This document shows positions 1-13,138 of a stretch of DNA of 64,000 nucleotides, piece by piece. The translations under genes and the position numbers were made by a program. The notes under the pieces were generated by a model. The model did not search any database. It saw only the letters and a list, made by a program, of their open reading frames with translations, and was not told the DNA's origin. How positions within the stretch are numbered: position 1 is the stretch's first letter; each line of letters begins with the position of its first letter. The stretch comes from Dipteris shenzhenensis. Its lineage: Eukaryota. The stretch lies in NCBI GenBank assembly GCA_047967505.1, contig CM106538.1; one strand, 5' to 3'.

Positions 1-1272
1 GGTTTTCTCTCTCATCTTCTCCCTTTGTTGAGTTTTTGGACTGGTTTTTCAGCCTCCTTCAGCTGAATTCCGTTTTTCTTCATAACTCCTCACCCGTTTG
101 GATTCCTCGACTACCGTTTGGCCCGATGGCTTCCCCTCTGCCTCCCCTTCGTAGTGATATGCTTTTCCCTCCGTGCGTTTGGTAGAACGGGCAGAGCTGA
201 ACACTTCTTTTGCTGGTCGAATTTGCAAAAGTGGCTTTTTCTGAACTTTTTTTCTTCTACCGCCTCCTGGGCCTCTCCTCTTGCAAAGCTACAGCTTTCT
301 GTTGAATTTCGAGTGGTCCGACGCGCTGGTTGACTGGTTTTTCTCAGTTTTGGAGGACTTTCCGGCGATGAAACTTCTCCAAAACCTTCGCAATGCATTC
401 CTCTCTGAAGCACGCTTCTTTTGAGCCCAAGAACTCCCACTTCTTCGCGACAGAAGTGCTTCTTTTCGCATTTTTCAGCGGAATTCTTGCTGGTCGGCTC
501 TTGTAAATGCTCTTTCTTCATGCCTTTGCACTCCTCTTTGGCTGAGAATGCAATTGGGCATTGGCTACTATGTCCTCTTGGCGATTGAGGACTTGGTTCG
601 AGTCTTCAGGGCTTGGTGAGTTGTGATTTTGCTACTGCAATTTCTTTTTGCCATAAGCTATTGGTTGGCCTCGTGTGCCGCCTCTTTCTTGGCTCACAGG
701 TGCCCAGGCAGTGCTACATGAGTCATTCTTTGGTTGGGTACTTTGCTGATTTTATTTTGGAGCTTTGAAAAGCTTTGTGAATGCCATCTGGAAACCACTC
801 AAAGAGAGTGCAGCTGGGGTGCAGTGTGATTGCATCTAGACAACCAATGGAATTGCACTCGGAAAAGAGAATGCCTTTGAGTTGAGCCTATGGGTTAAGT
901 GCACTTATGTGATGGTGTTCTATGCTTAAAAGCCTTGCGAAGGCTTAGTGAATTAGGGCTGCGTGCTCAGTTGCAGGGAAGGTCTCCCATATGCAACTTG
1001 TAATCATTTCACTGTGAAATATAAAGAAATACCGAAAGGGGCGCCACGGTGTTTGGGGCCAATCGGGTGCACTTGTCTATGTCTGTTGAGCAAGGGCATT
1101 CTAGCCTCCATCCCTTTTTCAGTGGTTTTGTTTGTGAACAAATGGGTAAATGCCAAATGGTGATCATGCAATGGTTAATGGTTGTGATATATGCTTTGTG
1201 AGCTGTAAATAAGTGCTGAAGTGATTAAAGGTTTAGTTCCACTGCCCTCTGAGTGATTAGAGGCCGGTTTCA
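1..1272. mobile_element. Probable end of an unrelated LTR nested in the adjacent gypsy element
   Basis: Homology of gypsy copy A to copy B stops abruptly at ~1273, just before RT. The left-hand sequence ends ...GGTTTCA (CA terminus) and carries no credible ORF. Confidence 0.4.
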
Positions 1273-4200
1273 GAGGTCTATTTGCAGATTCTGCCCCCGG
1301 GATCAGTTCAATCTTATGTTGAACTTTCCGCTCTGGAGGTAACCCATAAGGTAGTTCATCCCTAAAACATTCAGAGAACTCCTCTGTTATAAGATTAGCC
1401 AGCTTGGCCATCTCATCACTTTGCGTAACATCAGTGCTAGCCGAAGAATCATCAACCGGCTCTACCGATGCTGTGCAAAGGAATAAAAACTCTACTTGAG
1501 CTTTTCGGATTTCCATCACGAAAACCAACGGTCCCTGAGATATATCTTTTTCACCTCGCAAGACATAAAGCACATCATTCATCTTGAATTGATATACGTG
1601 CTTTTTCCAATCAATGGCTGGATTCTTCCTAGAATGCCACGCCAGACCCAGGGCTATATCCGCATGAGCAAGCTTGGTCATTTCAAAATCAAGCTTCTCA
1701 GCATAGTCCTGAATCCGAAGCTCTAACTGGGTAACCCTTTGGTCCCATACTTCAGTTGAACTTCCATCTGCCATCTTGACTGTATACGCATAGTGAGATG
1801 GACTTGTCTTTAATTTGAGCCTCTTCACGAGCTTGGAGTTAATCACATTGTGAGTTGACGCCGAGTCAAACAAACACAATGACATCATGATTGGCCACTT
1901 GCCCTTTCATTTTAATTAACTCCGTATCATTAAAGGCTGTATACCCCGTTGCTGCGGGCTTAGATAGGATGTTATCAGATGCACTCATCACTAGCTTAGC
2001 AACAGATACACATAACAAACAAGGTACTAACCTCTAAGAAGATCCCGCTAGCTGAATCTGCATCTCTTCCGCTCTGGGACTTCCCTCCATCTCCACGTCG
2101 CACTCTGAGATCACCATCTCAGCCATCCGACGATCTTTGTTACGTGGACAATCCTTCCACTGATGAGGCTGAAGGCAACCAAAACATAAGCTTTCTCTCC
2201 TCGCTTTTTCCCTTTGTTCTGGGTTCAAGGGAGACTTAGACCAAGCCCGGGCTGCCATTGGGGTTACTTTCCTTTTCACTCCAATGGTGGTACTTGGTTT
2301 AGGAGTTTCAGCTGGTTTCGCCTGCTTGGCTTGACCACTCGGCTAAGAACCACTCCCTCTACTAGTCCATTTCTTCTTAAACCCAGATTTCTTCGGATAC
2401 CCATACTGGGTTCCGACCTGTGCAAACCCACTTGGCTTGCTGCCCTTGGCATCCTCATAGTTCAGGGCTATAGCTATTGCATCATCTAACGTGTTCGCAT
2501 TCTTAGCCCGAACTTTCATTTTTATTCGATCATTCAATCCAAATATGAAATCTTTCATTTGGATTGATTGAGGCAGGGGTTCGTCAACCTTCATTACACT
2601 CTCTCAAAACTTATCAGTGTATTCTGCCACTGATAAATTCCTCTGACGAAGGTTTCTGTATTGATCCCAAGCTTGGGACGCTTCGTCAGGAGGTAAGAAG
2701 TGTTTCCTGAACTCTCTTTTAAACCCCTCCCAGGTAGTGGATGCTATACCATCTTTTTGTCGTTTAATCCACCACCGATCCGCTGCCTCACTAAACATGT
2801 GGGTGGCCTCACGGATCTTCCTGATGTCATTTCTGATTTCACAAATGGCGAACGCCTCGTCCCATTTGTGTAACCAGGTCTCAATGACATCAGAGCTACG
2901 ATCGTTCATCCGATGGCAATATTTGGCACTTCAGCCTTCCTAGGCTTGACCGTATGGACACTAGACTCCGATTCCATTGGAGCCTTTCCCTTCTCCTCTC
3001 GAGAAGGTTTGGCAGACATACTATGTATCGCTCTCCTAAGTTCGGACTGCCCTGCATTGGCCCGTAATTGCTGCGCTAACAACTGTTGCAAGGCATCCTC
3101 CAGCAATGCAATCTTGCCAGAGAAAGTGTGAGCTACTGGGCGCGACACCTGCTGGGTCGGCCGGACTCCTGATTCACCAGGGTCCCTCCTGGAAGCTCCT
3201 TCTTCAACTTCCATTCAGTTCAATGGGTGTTTTATTCTGCTTTGTTTTGTTTTGTTTTGGTTTGGGGGGTTTTTTTTTTTTTTTAACACCACTAGAACGC
3301 TGTATTTACTAGCTGACACAATTCAGTGTACTAACAGTCTGACACAATTCCCTATACTAGGGAATTCCTGCAATCCCACATTCACACTGATCAAGCATTT
3401 AACACAGGCATATATCTCAGATGGCGCTTTTCCCTATACTAGGGAAATTCCTGCAAACTGACTCTGACTGAAGCACACAGGCATATGCACAGGCATAATC
3501 TGTCCCTGCTACAACATTAAAGACTCATGCAGGCTGATCATTCACGAGATCCTGTCTATGAAAGCAGAGCACCACCCGACTAAATCAAGGAGAAAAAAAA
3601 CAACATGAAACTAATGGAGGTCGAAGAGAGCTCCCTGGTCATCCACGAACAACCACGCTCCCTTGTGGTTCCATGCAACTCCAATCAACAATCTGTCGTA
3701 CTCCTACGACCAGTCTGCAGTCACAGTTGATGCACAGGCTGCGGGCCACCAACTTGTTCTGCGTCGCCGTTCAATCCAATTTGTCCGTCGAGTTATTCGA
3801 GCCAATTGGTCTCCCCCTCACGAACTTCTGCTATCCGTTCCAGCACCTCCCCTTGGGCTTTCTATTGATCTGCGTCAGCCACAAAGTACCAATGTCGAAG
3901 GGCCTTACAGGAACCTTCCGCTCCAGCAACAGCTCCAACGCCTGCGTGTCCCGCTCCTACGCTCTACGACCAGCTTGCGTAGGCCAACGCCAATCGATTT
4001 GACGCTCACGTCCGTCGACGATCCAGCTCTATCCTTTCAGCTACGCTCCAGGCCTGTTATCGATCACGTGAATGATCGAATTCCTTGTCTTGCGGGAGTG
4101 CCATCAATCACGGGCATCGTCAACAGCTTCCTTGCGGCCAGCCTGTCGCCTCGCCACCTATCTAAGCCTACAAGCTGTCTGCGTAGCCTTGGAGGGCTCT

Positions 4201-4433
4201 GACTGGAAGTCCGCCAAGGAAGCAGGTCGACATCTACTTCGGACTAGTCAGCCACGTGACACCTCGAAGGTCTTCATTCCGTCTCAAAGGAATCGCAAGT
4301 CTTTCAATTCGACGCCGTTTGTGTAGGCCAGCGTCAATCAAACCCCATGAACAGTCCCGTTCTTCTACACGTCACATATCCCGCGCCTAGCCTGGGCTTT
4401 GATCTTTCGTCCATCCCTTGATCTCTTCCATGG

Positions 4434-4445
4434 GCTCTGATACCA
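4434..4445 (-). promoter_or_regulatory. Primer-binding site (tRNA-iMet), copy A
   Basis: TGGTATCAGAGC on the minus strand, 2 nt inside the LTR end. Confidence 0.9.
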
Positions 4446-4447
4446 AT

Positions 4448-4906
4448 TGTCACAATTAACTATCTAATCTCTCCTTGTTATCACGGGAGCAGCACCATGA
4501 ATCACCTCCCAGCCAAATCTTGCTAAGACTCACGAGCAGACAGAGATATTCATTCAAAATCATACGTGAATAATTTCCTTCTCTTCTCTCTCTAGCCTCA
4601 ACAAGCCCCAATTCCCTAGATAGATCTAGATGCCACATGTCATCCATATAGGGCCTTCCTAATGCAACATTTCACCCCTCTCTTGGGATGCATTAAATTC
4701 TTTGCCCCTAGGCACAACCTTTGCATTAGGCCCTTGGCCTTAGATCTACCTAGTCTGGTGCTATCAGCCCTCACCTAGGACCTTGACATTAATTCCCTCC
4801 CAATCATTTACATGAAGCGCAAACAAATATATTACAAAGATAGATCTTTTAAGGGAAATGTCGACTGATTCTTCCGAGGTCATGCTACCTCGGCTAGAGC
4901 GTAACA
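4448..4906 (-). repeat. 5' LTR of copy A
   Basis: TG...CA ends. The minus-strand start TGTTACGCTCTAGCCGAG matches the copy-B LTR start TGTTATGCTCTAGCCGAG. Confidence 0.88.
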
Positions 4907-5389
4907 GCATCCATGCCACTACGTGAGGCAAGCCCTCAGCTGGATTCAAATGCCTTTTCATCCCAATATGTTTCACAGATCTGCCATGCTGTGTCCCTAC
5001 ACCAGTTAGCTATTAATTGATTGCCGACTATGGGTATGACTGATGGCTTAGTATGCTATCCATCCTACCCAACAGAAGGCTGAGTTGGCCTACAAATCAG
5101 TTTGTCAGCCTGTAGGCTGGGCGCAGTTTCATGGGCCTTGTCAAGACTTTTGAAAGCCTTGCACAGCCTTGTGGGAAACTTGCATGTTAAAGCACGACAC
5201 GCAGCAGACTATTGACGTGTATTTAGCCACCTGGAACCATCATTGGTTTAAGTGTTTCTAAAGACTGTACACCTAAAATTGACACTCAAATGAAGTACTC
5301 TTTCACATTCAAGACACACATAATAAACGATTACCATCAAGAACTGTCAAATCTCCAACACGCTTCTACTCAAAGAACAAGAAACTCAC

Positions 5390-5463
5390 CATCACAAGCA
5401 AGGATGCATTACAGCCAAAATATTTCTCCAGATCTTCAGCCGATCCAGCTGGCTTTTTTAATT
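5390..5463 (-). CDS. PGPP1: PGP phosphatase exon 3 (ELKKPAGSAEDLEKYFGCNASLLVM)
   Basis: AG/GT boundaries, phase matches exon 2, and the HAD KKP motif is present. The expected VGDR..TD exon is not in the window. Confidence 0.85.
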
Positions 5464-6599
5464 CTGTGAGCCACAGGAAAAAATGAGCATAATAACTATC
5501 ATATGACCAAGGAAATTATAAAGCTGTAGTCTTTAAAGTTATCCCTGCATGCAAACATTTTGATGGTGCTGTTTGGAATTGAAAATAAACAAGGAGGCAG
5601 AAGAAGGGATAGACCAACCAGGCAACTCACAACTAAGCTTTGACCCAACAGGAAAATTACCTTCGACAAGGTGTCAAGATTGGAAGGCTTGTCATTGATA
5701 AGCACTTTATCTCACACAAGACTCAAACTTATGCCTATTTCAAGCGATGCAACTCCACAATTAGTAATGATTTCAAGACCCCTCCATATGTCAAAGGTGT
5801 TAGAATTGAAGGGACTGCTGAACGGGAACTGTATGCAGCGAAATAATCTCAAACTCTCACTGATCTCTCGCACAAGATAGGTGTACATACACTGAAACCA
5901 CACTCAGAAAATACAGCTTAGTTGTAGCATGGAAGTGATCATGGTAGAGTGGCATAATCCCTATTTTGCTTTTTTCATAGGTTCTTTTGCTACTCATGGC
6001 TGGCAGATACACCACGGCATAGATCCGAATAGATATTTGGTTTTTTGCTTCAACTTGCTTGACTAGACTTTCCTTGATGATTGTTTGATTGTGCCTGATG
6101 AGTGGTCACTGCCTTAATTGATGCATTAAGTGCAATGTTTTCCTTAAAGTTTTTCATACTACAGGATACAAGTTTGCTTATAGGCTGTTGTATTGCGACA
6201 ATCAAAAGTCTGTAGAGAGCTACTCATTACTGCAAGCAGTTCGCCCTTTTAGTTTGCACTGACAAGGTCAGTTCGCACTGATAGTAGGCAGCAGTTGGTA
6301 GTTTTCTAGGAAGAGAAGGCAGCAGAAGAGCTGGTCAGCTACGAGTGACCAGGATTCGTTGAGTTTCCTCGGCTTAATAGGCAGGGAACACTTACATTCA
6401 GCTAAATGCTAATTTTAGGCTGCATGGCCACAGTTGGACTCCACATGCAAATTTGCTCATGTCAAACCTATACACTCAGGCTGGCATGTGGGGCAATGCA
6501 CAGAAAGTAGAGCAGCTGAGAACATGCACAAATGGGTGGCTAAAAGTAATCCCTAGCTTCTTGGAAAATTATCTTGAACTGACAATAAGAAAAGCTAGA

Positions 6600-6763
6600 T
6601 ATACCTAGATGAATCCAGGAACATTCCCAAACTCATCCTCTAAAAACACAACATAGTGCAGTTTCAATCTCACGATAGTCACTCATAGGATTGAAAACCA
6701 TAAACTCCATGCATAGCAGGGACTAGCTACTATGACATCCCCACTGACGTCATCAGCGCCCAA
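6600..6763 (-). mobile_element. Short 5'-truncated non-LTR retroposon tail, copy 1
   Basis: Near-identical to 8364-8533. Imperfect flanking repeat AGAAAAGC(T/C)AGA. Confidence 0.75.
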
Positions 6764-6899
6764 AAATAGAAAAGCCAGAGTCTAAAATAAATCGCCATTT
6801 AGGGACCACAGCTTTAGAGTTAAAATTGTGCACCTTTTGTGCTAAAGCTTTGGTTGGAAGCTTGCTCCAAACAGCCCATGCAATTCATGAACTACAGCT

Positions 6900-9000
6900 G
6901 TGTCTGACATTACAGATTCAGCAGCATAGGCAAGTGCATTAGCTTCAATGGTTGGCTATTTTTCATATGCATCGAGATGATACAGCCCTCTAGAAATTGT
7001 CCTAATAAGCACAAGGCAATTATCATGCTGATTGTCATAAACACAATGATAACCAGCAAAGACAACTCTGAAGCCATTTGGTAGAAATGGCTGAGATGGG
7101 AACCAGACATTTCTAAGAATATACTTGTTTAGGTGTATAAAGCCAAATTTTTGAATGGACCTTAATCCAGGCCCCAAAGTTGGAATGCTTCCCAAGGTTT
7201 GCTTGGTTGGAGAGGCATGTGATAATGTGGCAACAAGCGACCCATTCTTTGGCATACGTCACATTCTAGGCAACGAGCATCAGCATCCCTGAACAAGGTG
7301 CCACAATCCTGCCTGTGGTACTTTTCAAGCTGTGAGTTCTCCACTAAAATGTCCTACGAGCCCAATGTGTGCCTCAGCACGGTCTCTCGTTCATGAGGAA
7401 GGACCCAATGACACAAGACCCCGTTCGCTCCTTGGCGATGGAGTTGACCCAATGTGCTCCTTGGTGATGGAGTTGACCCAATGACGCAGGGCCCGATTCG
7501 CTCATTGGCAATAGAGATGACTATTTTGTTAATCAAATACAATAGAGCTTGGTGATCAACATAGAAAATGGAAGGATTCCAAGCAAATAGTTTCGAAATT
7601 TTGGAACACTATAAACACATCCCCAAAGCTTCCCACTCAGTGGGGCTATAATTGCACTTGGGTGGTGTCTAGCTGACTAGCATAGTAAACCGGGTAATGC
7701 AGTCTACCATTTGGTTGTGCCAAAATAGATGCATATGGAAATGATGCCAATGGCATATCCTGAAGCATCAACATGTACATGGCAGGTTACATCCCAGCTT
7801 AAAATTGGCATGTCAGTTGCTCATTAAGAGCATGAAAAGCTGCTGATAACTCCTTGTTCCACTGAAACTTTAGTACACTCGTAAAGAGGCCTTGCAATCT
7901 TGGCAAAGTCCTTTACAAACCTCCTGTAGAAACTAATAAACCCAATGAATGGTACAAGTTGTGTTGAATTCTCGGGCTCTCGCATCTGCTCGATTGCTCA
8001 TATATCTTGTTTGGCTCGATTCTAATGCCTTACCTAAATAACCAAGCAATATACCAATCCTAACACAAAAGACACACTCAAGTCAGATTCAAAGAGATCC
8101 CTACCTGCCTGCATTTAGCAAAGACTTTCTTGAGGCAAACAAGATGTATAGAAATTGCAGAGTAAACACAAAAATCATCCAAATAGATAGCAATGAACTT
8201 GGTCAAATACTCTGAAGGTCTCAGCATGAATCTCTCGACAGTAGATGGCGCATTCCACATAGCAAATGGCATAAGTTTGTAGGCCAACACACCCCATTCA
8301 ATGATGAATGCAGTCTTCTACTAGTCCTCGAGTGCCAGTGAGATTTGATTATACCCATTTATGTATATACCTAGATGAATCCAGGAACATTCCCAAACTC
8401 ATCCTCTAAAAACACAACATAGTGCAGTTTCAATCTCACGATAGTCACTCATAAGATTGAAAACCATAAACTCCATCACGCATAGCAGGGACTAGCTACT
8501 ATGACATCCCCACTGACGTCATCAGTGCCCAACAGTGGGTGTAGACCATAGTATAAAAATATGCTCTCACACATACAAATCCACACACCCACACATACTT
8601 GAGCATCCATTTATAGAAAGTCATCGTACTGAGTTTCTGTCAGCACCCATTTATGAATTAGTCATGAACGAGTACATCTCGTGTCATCCTACTTGGTCCA
8701 AGATGCCTTCAGTGAACGGAATCAAAAATGGATCTGGTATTATTTGAGCATTGAGCTTCCAATAATCAACACATACTCAGAGCTTCTCACTCCTCTTGGG
8801 CATGGGCACCACACAATTGGAAATAGGCAACCGCTCCAATGGGTTGAGTAGATGAAACTTACTCAAATTAATTGATCGAGCTCAGCTTTGATTTGCTTGG
8901 TATAATTTGGATTCATCCTATACCATTGATGGCGTACTAGCTTGGCATCAGGTATCAATTGAATCCCATGTTGCATATCTTGGGTGGTGCTCTAAAGATC
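6900..9000 (-). mobile_element. Degenerate Ty3/gypsy pol (RT, RNase H, integrase) in PGPP1 intron 2
   Basis: Motif fragments YRMNPNY, VCVDYWKLN, NGYNQI, MPFAMWNAPST, YLDDFCVYS and CDVCQRMG...FQLWGLD, with many stops. Confidence 0.85.
8364..8644 (-). mobile_element. Short retroposon tail, copy 2, inserted in gypsy RT
   Basis: Flanked by the 11-bp TSD ACCCATTTATG (8353-8363 and 8645-8655). Removing it restores the FINGYNQI RT motif. Confidence 0.85.
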
Positions 9001-10049
9001 AGTCTAGATTGCACCTTTGAGTGTCAAATGCTTGCTTGGACTCAAGATATCATGGCTCCCATCTCACATACTACTCGCAGTCGAAATCATGTCGTGATTC
9101 GAAGCTTTGACCCCAGTATAATCCTGCGCAGTCGTGCTCGTGGCTCGGCCTGTAGCGGGAGATAGACTATTCTCACTCTCTCCTACTCAATACTAACTGC
9201 AACTGCAAAAGATGATGCACTAGATCCCTGAAGAGGTTGAGGCCACCCTGCAGGTCTGCTGCAGGGAGGCCTGCGCTATGCTGCTCTGAAGGCTTGAAGG
9301 CCTGAGGAGTGGATGAAGAATGAGGGCCAAAGGCTGTCCTTTTATAGGCTGTTCGGTCAGCCTTGGTCAGCTGGTCAACGCTGATCGTTGACTAGGTTGG
9401 TCAACAAAGCCAATGTTGACCAAAAATTTAACGTATTGTCTTTTGACCAAGAAGTCAACTATGTGTTTTTTGACTTGCGATGACGTGGCATTGACTACAT
9501 GTTGATTGTGTGTAGATTGTTGATTGCGTAGGGATGTCTGCATGGATGTATGGACGCATGCATGGCCGTTGACCTCGCTCCCTATGCTAACACTAGCTAG
9601 CATGGCCACGGCCTTGTGGATGCCCGTGACATCTCAATCTGCTGAAACTCGAACTAGGGTATCAAAGGGGCTTCCCATCATGTTGACGGAGGTGATTGTT
9701 TGTGGTATACCTGGATGATAAATCCTGATCTGAATGCCTGGTTCATGAATTCGAAAATGGTTGCTAAACTCATGAATCCTGATCTACAGGTACTGAATGC
9801 CTGGATTTGGTGCTTACTTCTGAATCCTGATACATATATTTGTTGTGGATTAATATTCTAGGATGAGGCTCCTTATGGTTTTCCTCGGTGCATATAGGTG
9901 ATAGGGACAGAGGAAGGCTAGGTTTGAGAGAGGCATCCTAGTCTTGTTGCAACTGTGTTGCCTACTGTAATCTTGTTGTAGGACTTTGTCTTAATGGTGC
10001 CGCTCTTGAACCCCTTGAATGATTGATATCCAAGATCGAGGTGGAACAC

Positions 10050-11000
10050 CCTTACTCTAGTAGATGAACTTGGAGATTTTGACATCCAAGCCTTGGTGCT
10101 GATAATCTAGTCGCACTTCAAACTGGTGCCACCATTGTGCTCCCAAGATGACGTCCGCTGCTTGAGTAGGTGCGATCCTGAGTGGCCGACTGTGTACCCA
10201 CCTGAGATCTTCAGAGTGGCTAAAGCTACTTGCATGTTGCTCTCTATTTGCCGCCCTAGAAATGCACCATTCAAGGTCATTGGTTCCATTGGCGTAAGAG
10301 GCAACTGAGCCTTCTGAGCTACTTTGGTGGAGATGATGTCCTCATAACTGCCCAAGTCTGCCAGGATAAGGCCCCTTTGACCACCGACCTGTCCATAAAA
10401 CTAAAACATGTTCAAAAACTGACAAGGCTCCCCCTTCTGCTGAGCTTCAAGCTCTTGGATGACTACTGAGGTTGTCCCTATAGTCTGTTGTTAATCAAGC
10501 TCCTCAATGACTACTGAGGTTGACGAAGTTGTTGCTCAACCACTTGACACGGCTCCTCATGTTAGAAGCTTCTGGTAATGTGGGCAATCTTTCTTATTAT
10601 GGCTCGGCACATGACAATGAAAGCATCGGTTCTCCTTGACATAGAGTGCTCGTGTCGTTGAATCCAAGTACCCACCATAGCCGTTGCTGCCCTTCGCCAT
10701 CTAGCTCTTCTTCTGTTGCCCATTCCCACCATCACCTCGCGAGGAATCTTGGGACTTCTTACTGTTGACCTGCTTGGATCCTTGGCCCTTGTGCATGAGC
10801 TCAAAGTTCTGAGCAAGCTCGTATTCACACTCCTAATCCTATGGCCTAAAACTTCTGACATACCACTGGATGTCTGTACGCAACCCATGGAGAAATTTGC
10901 TCAGCTTCTGACTATCCTCCAACTGCAACTGTATAAACACCTGAGTGAACTTATTGACATAGTGATTCACCGTCTCAGTGTCTCCCTATCATAGCTCGTA
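10050..11000 (-). mobile_element. Degenerate gypsy gag/protease fragment
   Basis: Gag-like SKFLHGLRTDIQ followed by protease-like ADLGSYEDIIS...PMTLNGAF. Confidence 0.6.
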
Positions 11001-12145
11001 GAACTGATTCTGGAGCTTGTCCAGGTACTGCGGTGGCAAAAACGTGATCGAAGATCTTAGTAAGCTTTTAGCTCCTCTACCCAGTAGGACACCCGATGGT
11101 GCAAGAGATGCTAGAGAGCATGCAAATGTGGCTTGTATGAGCACTCTCTATGATGTAGATGGGCCAACCTCATTTGAAGAAATGACTGTAGTTAAATCAC
11201 ACGCTAGTATTACCACATCGTCACAGTGCCACATCATCAATGCCATGTCAACATGCCTCCTAGGCACAATGCTCCTCAAGTACATTATTGTATTCAGCAA
11301 AGTGCCACATTTACACAGTGCTCTACGAGCACATTTCTTTATGCCGCACATGAACACAGTGCCACATGTGCACATTGTCCACAAGCACACCCCTTACATA
11401 GCTGCACATGAACACACATGCCACTCACGTTTCTAGCAAATCTGCCACATGGCAAGAACCCCATAGGCACTAAGTGGGAGGATGGGAACTCAAAGGTGAG
11501 CAAGGAGATCATGAAAGGGGGCTGAATGAGAATACAAGGGGTAGGGGCAATGATACAGGACTGCGAGGGGGAGCGAGACGTCTAGAAGGTGGCTGAGGTG
11601 AGACGCAAGTAGGTGAGGCTATACTGGAGCTGCCTGTTTTGAAAATTGCCATATGTATTGAGTTAGATGCCCTGAAAGAGAACAGCCCTGAAGATGTTGG
11701 CAGTTGGCCAACTAGAATGGCAGCGCCAGCATCAATCTCAGCCTCGACTTGTCCCTCCAATCCGAGCCCTACCATACCTCCTTGTGCCCCCCTATAGTAT
11801 TATATCTTCCTGATGGCTTTTCCCCTTAGCCCTTCCGATTGCCCGCCCAAACCGTTGGATTCCTAACAATGTTCTGCCATGTTGGATGCATGAGATCTTG
11901 GCCAACAAACCCTTTTATGCTCAATTTTCAAGGTTCAAAGAAAATCCACTGACACTGTTCAGTTGCATGCGATCTCTGTTGGAAATACAACAATAATGTC
12001 CCACTACTACTAATTCACCTTGCGTCTAAGTTCTGGTAAATCTTACTTGCATGAATCTGGAATAAAAGAATTTCATATTGATGCACTCATTTAAGCTTCA
12101 TAGTTGTTTACACCCATTTAAAATGGAAACACGTTTGAGAACTAC

Positions 12146-12223
12146 CGTGGCGTATTACAGGAATACCAAGCATGTCCTCAACAACTTTTGCCTCCATCCC
12201 ATCAGGATCATATTGATACAGCC
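12146..12223 (-). CDS. PGPP1: PGP phosphatase exon 2 (GLYQYDPDGMEAKVVEDMLGIPVIRH)
   Basis: AG/GT boundaries and phase-1 continuity with exons 1 and 3. Confidence 0.85.
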
Positions 12224-12441
12224 CTGTGCTGTCCACCAGGCAATCGAATTGTGAGCCTCAATATATGAGAATTACAATCACGTAACAGTTGAAAGTCATT
12301 GAGAAACTTGCCTGCAATAAATACAAAAAAACAGACAAAAACATACTCAGAGAAAAATACTAACAATCACACAACATGATACAGCAGGATAGAAATTCAG
12401 TAACATATAATTATGAGTCAGTATTCTTCCAAAAGGCATAC

Positions 12442-13084
12442 CTGCGGAATTGCTCAGTATCGCCACACGTCCACTAAAAGTCGACTTGCATTCTTCTAAA
12501 GAGCTTGTAAGGGTGGGCCACAACGCTTGCGCGTAAGGAGCCGTGAGAGTGTTATCCTTATCGAACACAACCCCTTGAAATCCGCTGTCTTTTAAAGCCT
12601 TCCAATCGATCCATCGGATGTCGGGAACAGTGACATGAGGAAGAGCGGTTTCACGTTCTTTAAAGATAGCTTTGAGGGTGAAGACAATGCCCGCAAGGTT
12701 AAATCCCTGGCGAAGCTTAGACATCATTGATTTCGGGATCTGTTGTTCACTGGGAGGGTAAGGAAGGTCTGGCGAAGTGGGAACGGAGCATCCACGGGAA
12801 TGCGATGTATCGTCGAGGAGCCATGTATCTGAGAAGGGAGGGAGGGGAAGTTCGGAGGTGGGGGGGTGGGAAGGGTCGGGGTGAGCGGAAAGGGGGGAAA
12901 GGCCGAAGCGAGCGAAGGGAGAGGAGGAAAAGAAAGGGGAAGAGGGGAAGGAAGAGGGAAGGGAAGAGGAGAAAAGGGGGAAGGAAGCAATGGAGGAGAG
13001 ATGGAGGCAAGAGGAGGGAGGAGAGCAGAGAGTGGGCAAAAGGAGTAGATTGAGATTGTGTAGATGAAGATGATGAACAGGCAT
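12442..13084 (-). CDS. PGPP1: HAD-IIIA phosphatidylglycerophosphate phosphatase exon 1, with Ser/Pro-rich transit-like N-terminus
   Basis: LPHVTVPDIRWIDW...FQGVVFDKDNTLTAPY...SNSAG is typical of the plant PGPP1/Gep4 family (DxD motif I). Donor GTATG at 12441. The start codon is uncertain. Confidence 0.88.
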
Positions 13085-13138
13085 AGCTCGAGCCCAATAA
13101 GCTCACACCTTCACTTCCCAGTTTCATTTCATTTCATA

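Larger units (their letters stand above)
1273..4906 (-). mobile_element. Ty3/gypsy LTR retrotransposon copy A, 5' half (LTR, PBS, leader, frameshifted gag, aspartic protease)
   Basis: Gag fragments at 2034-3214 include a zinc knuckle (CFGCLQPHQWKDC). The protease has LFDSASTHN. It is nearly identical to ORF 37454-38224 and homologous to gag 33890-35215, with stops and frameshifts. Confidence 0.93.

Noticed and set aside
2034-2036. Programmed stop-codon readthrough between gag and pol
   Set aside because: Copy B has CAG at the same position, so this is a point mutation.
3663-4202. 179-aa antisense ORF in the copy A leader as an extra retroelement gene
   Set aside because: Non-ATG start, no recognisable motif, and not conserved in the copy B leader.
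5140-5230. Candidate PGPP1 exon 4 after TTCCAG acceptor
   Set aside because: Translates VAKYTSIVCC... and stops early. Lacks the conserved GDR motif.
12724-13053. Pro-rich and Gly/Arg-rich ORFs
   Set aside because: Alternative frames of the pyrimidine-rich PGPP1 transit-peptide region.
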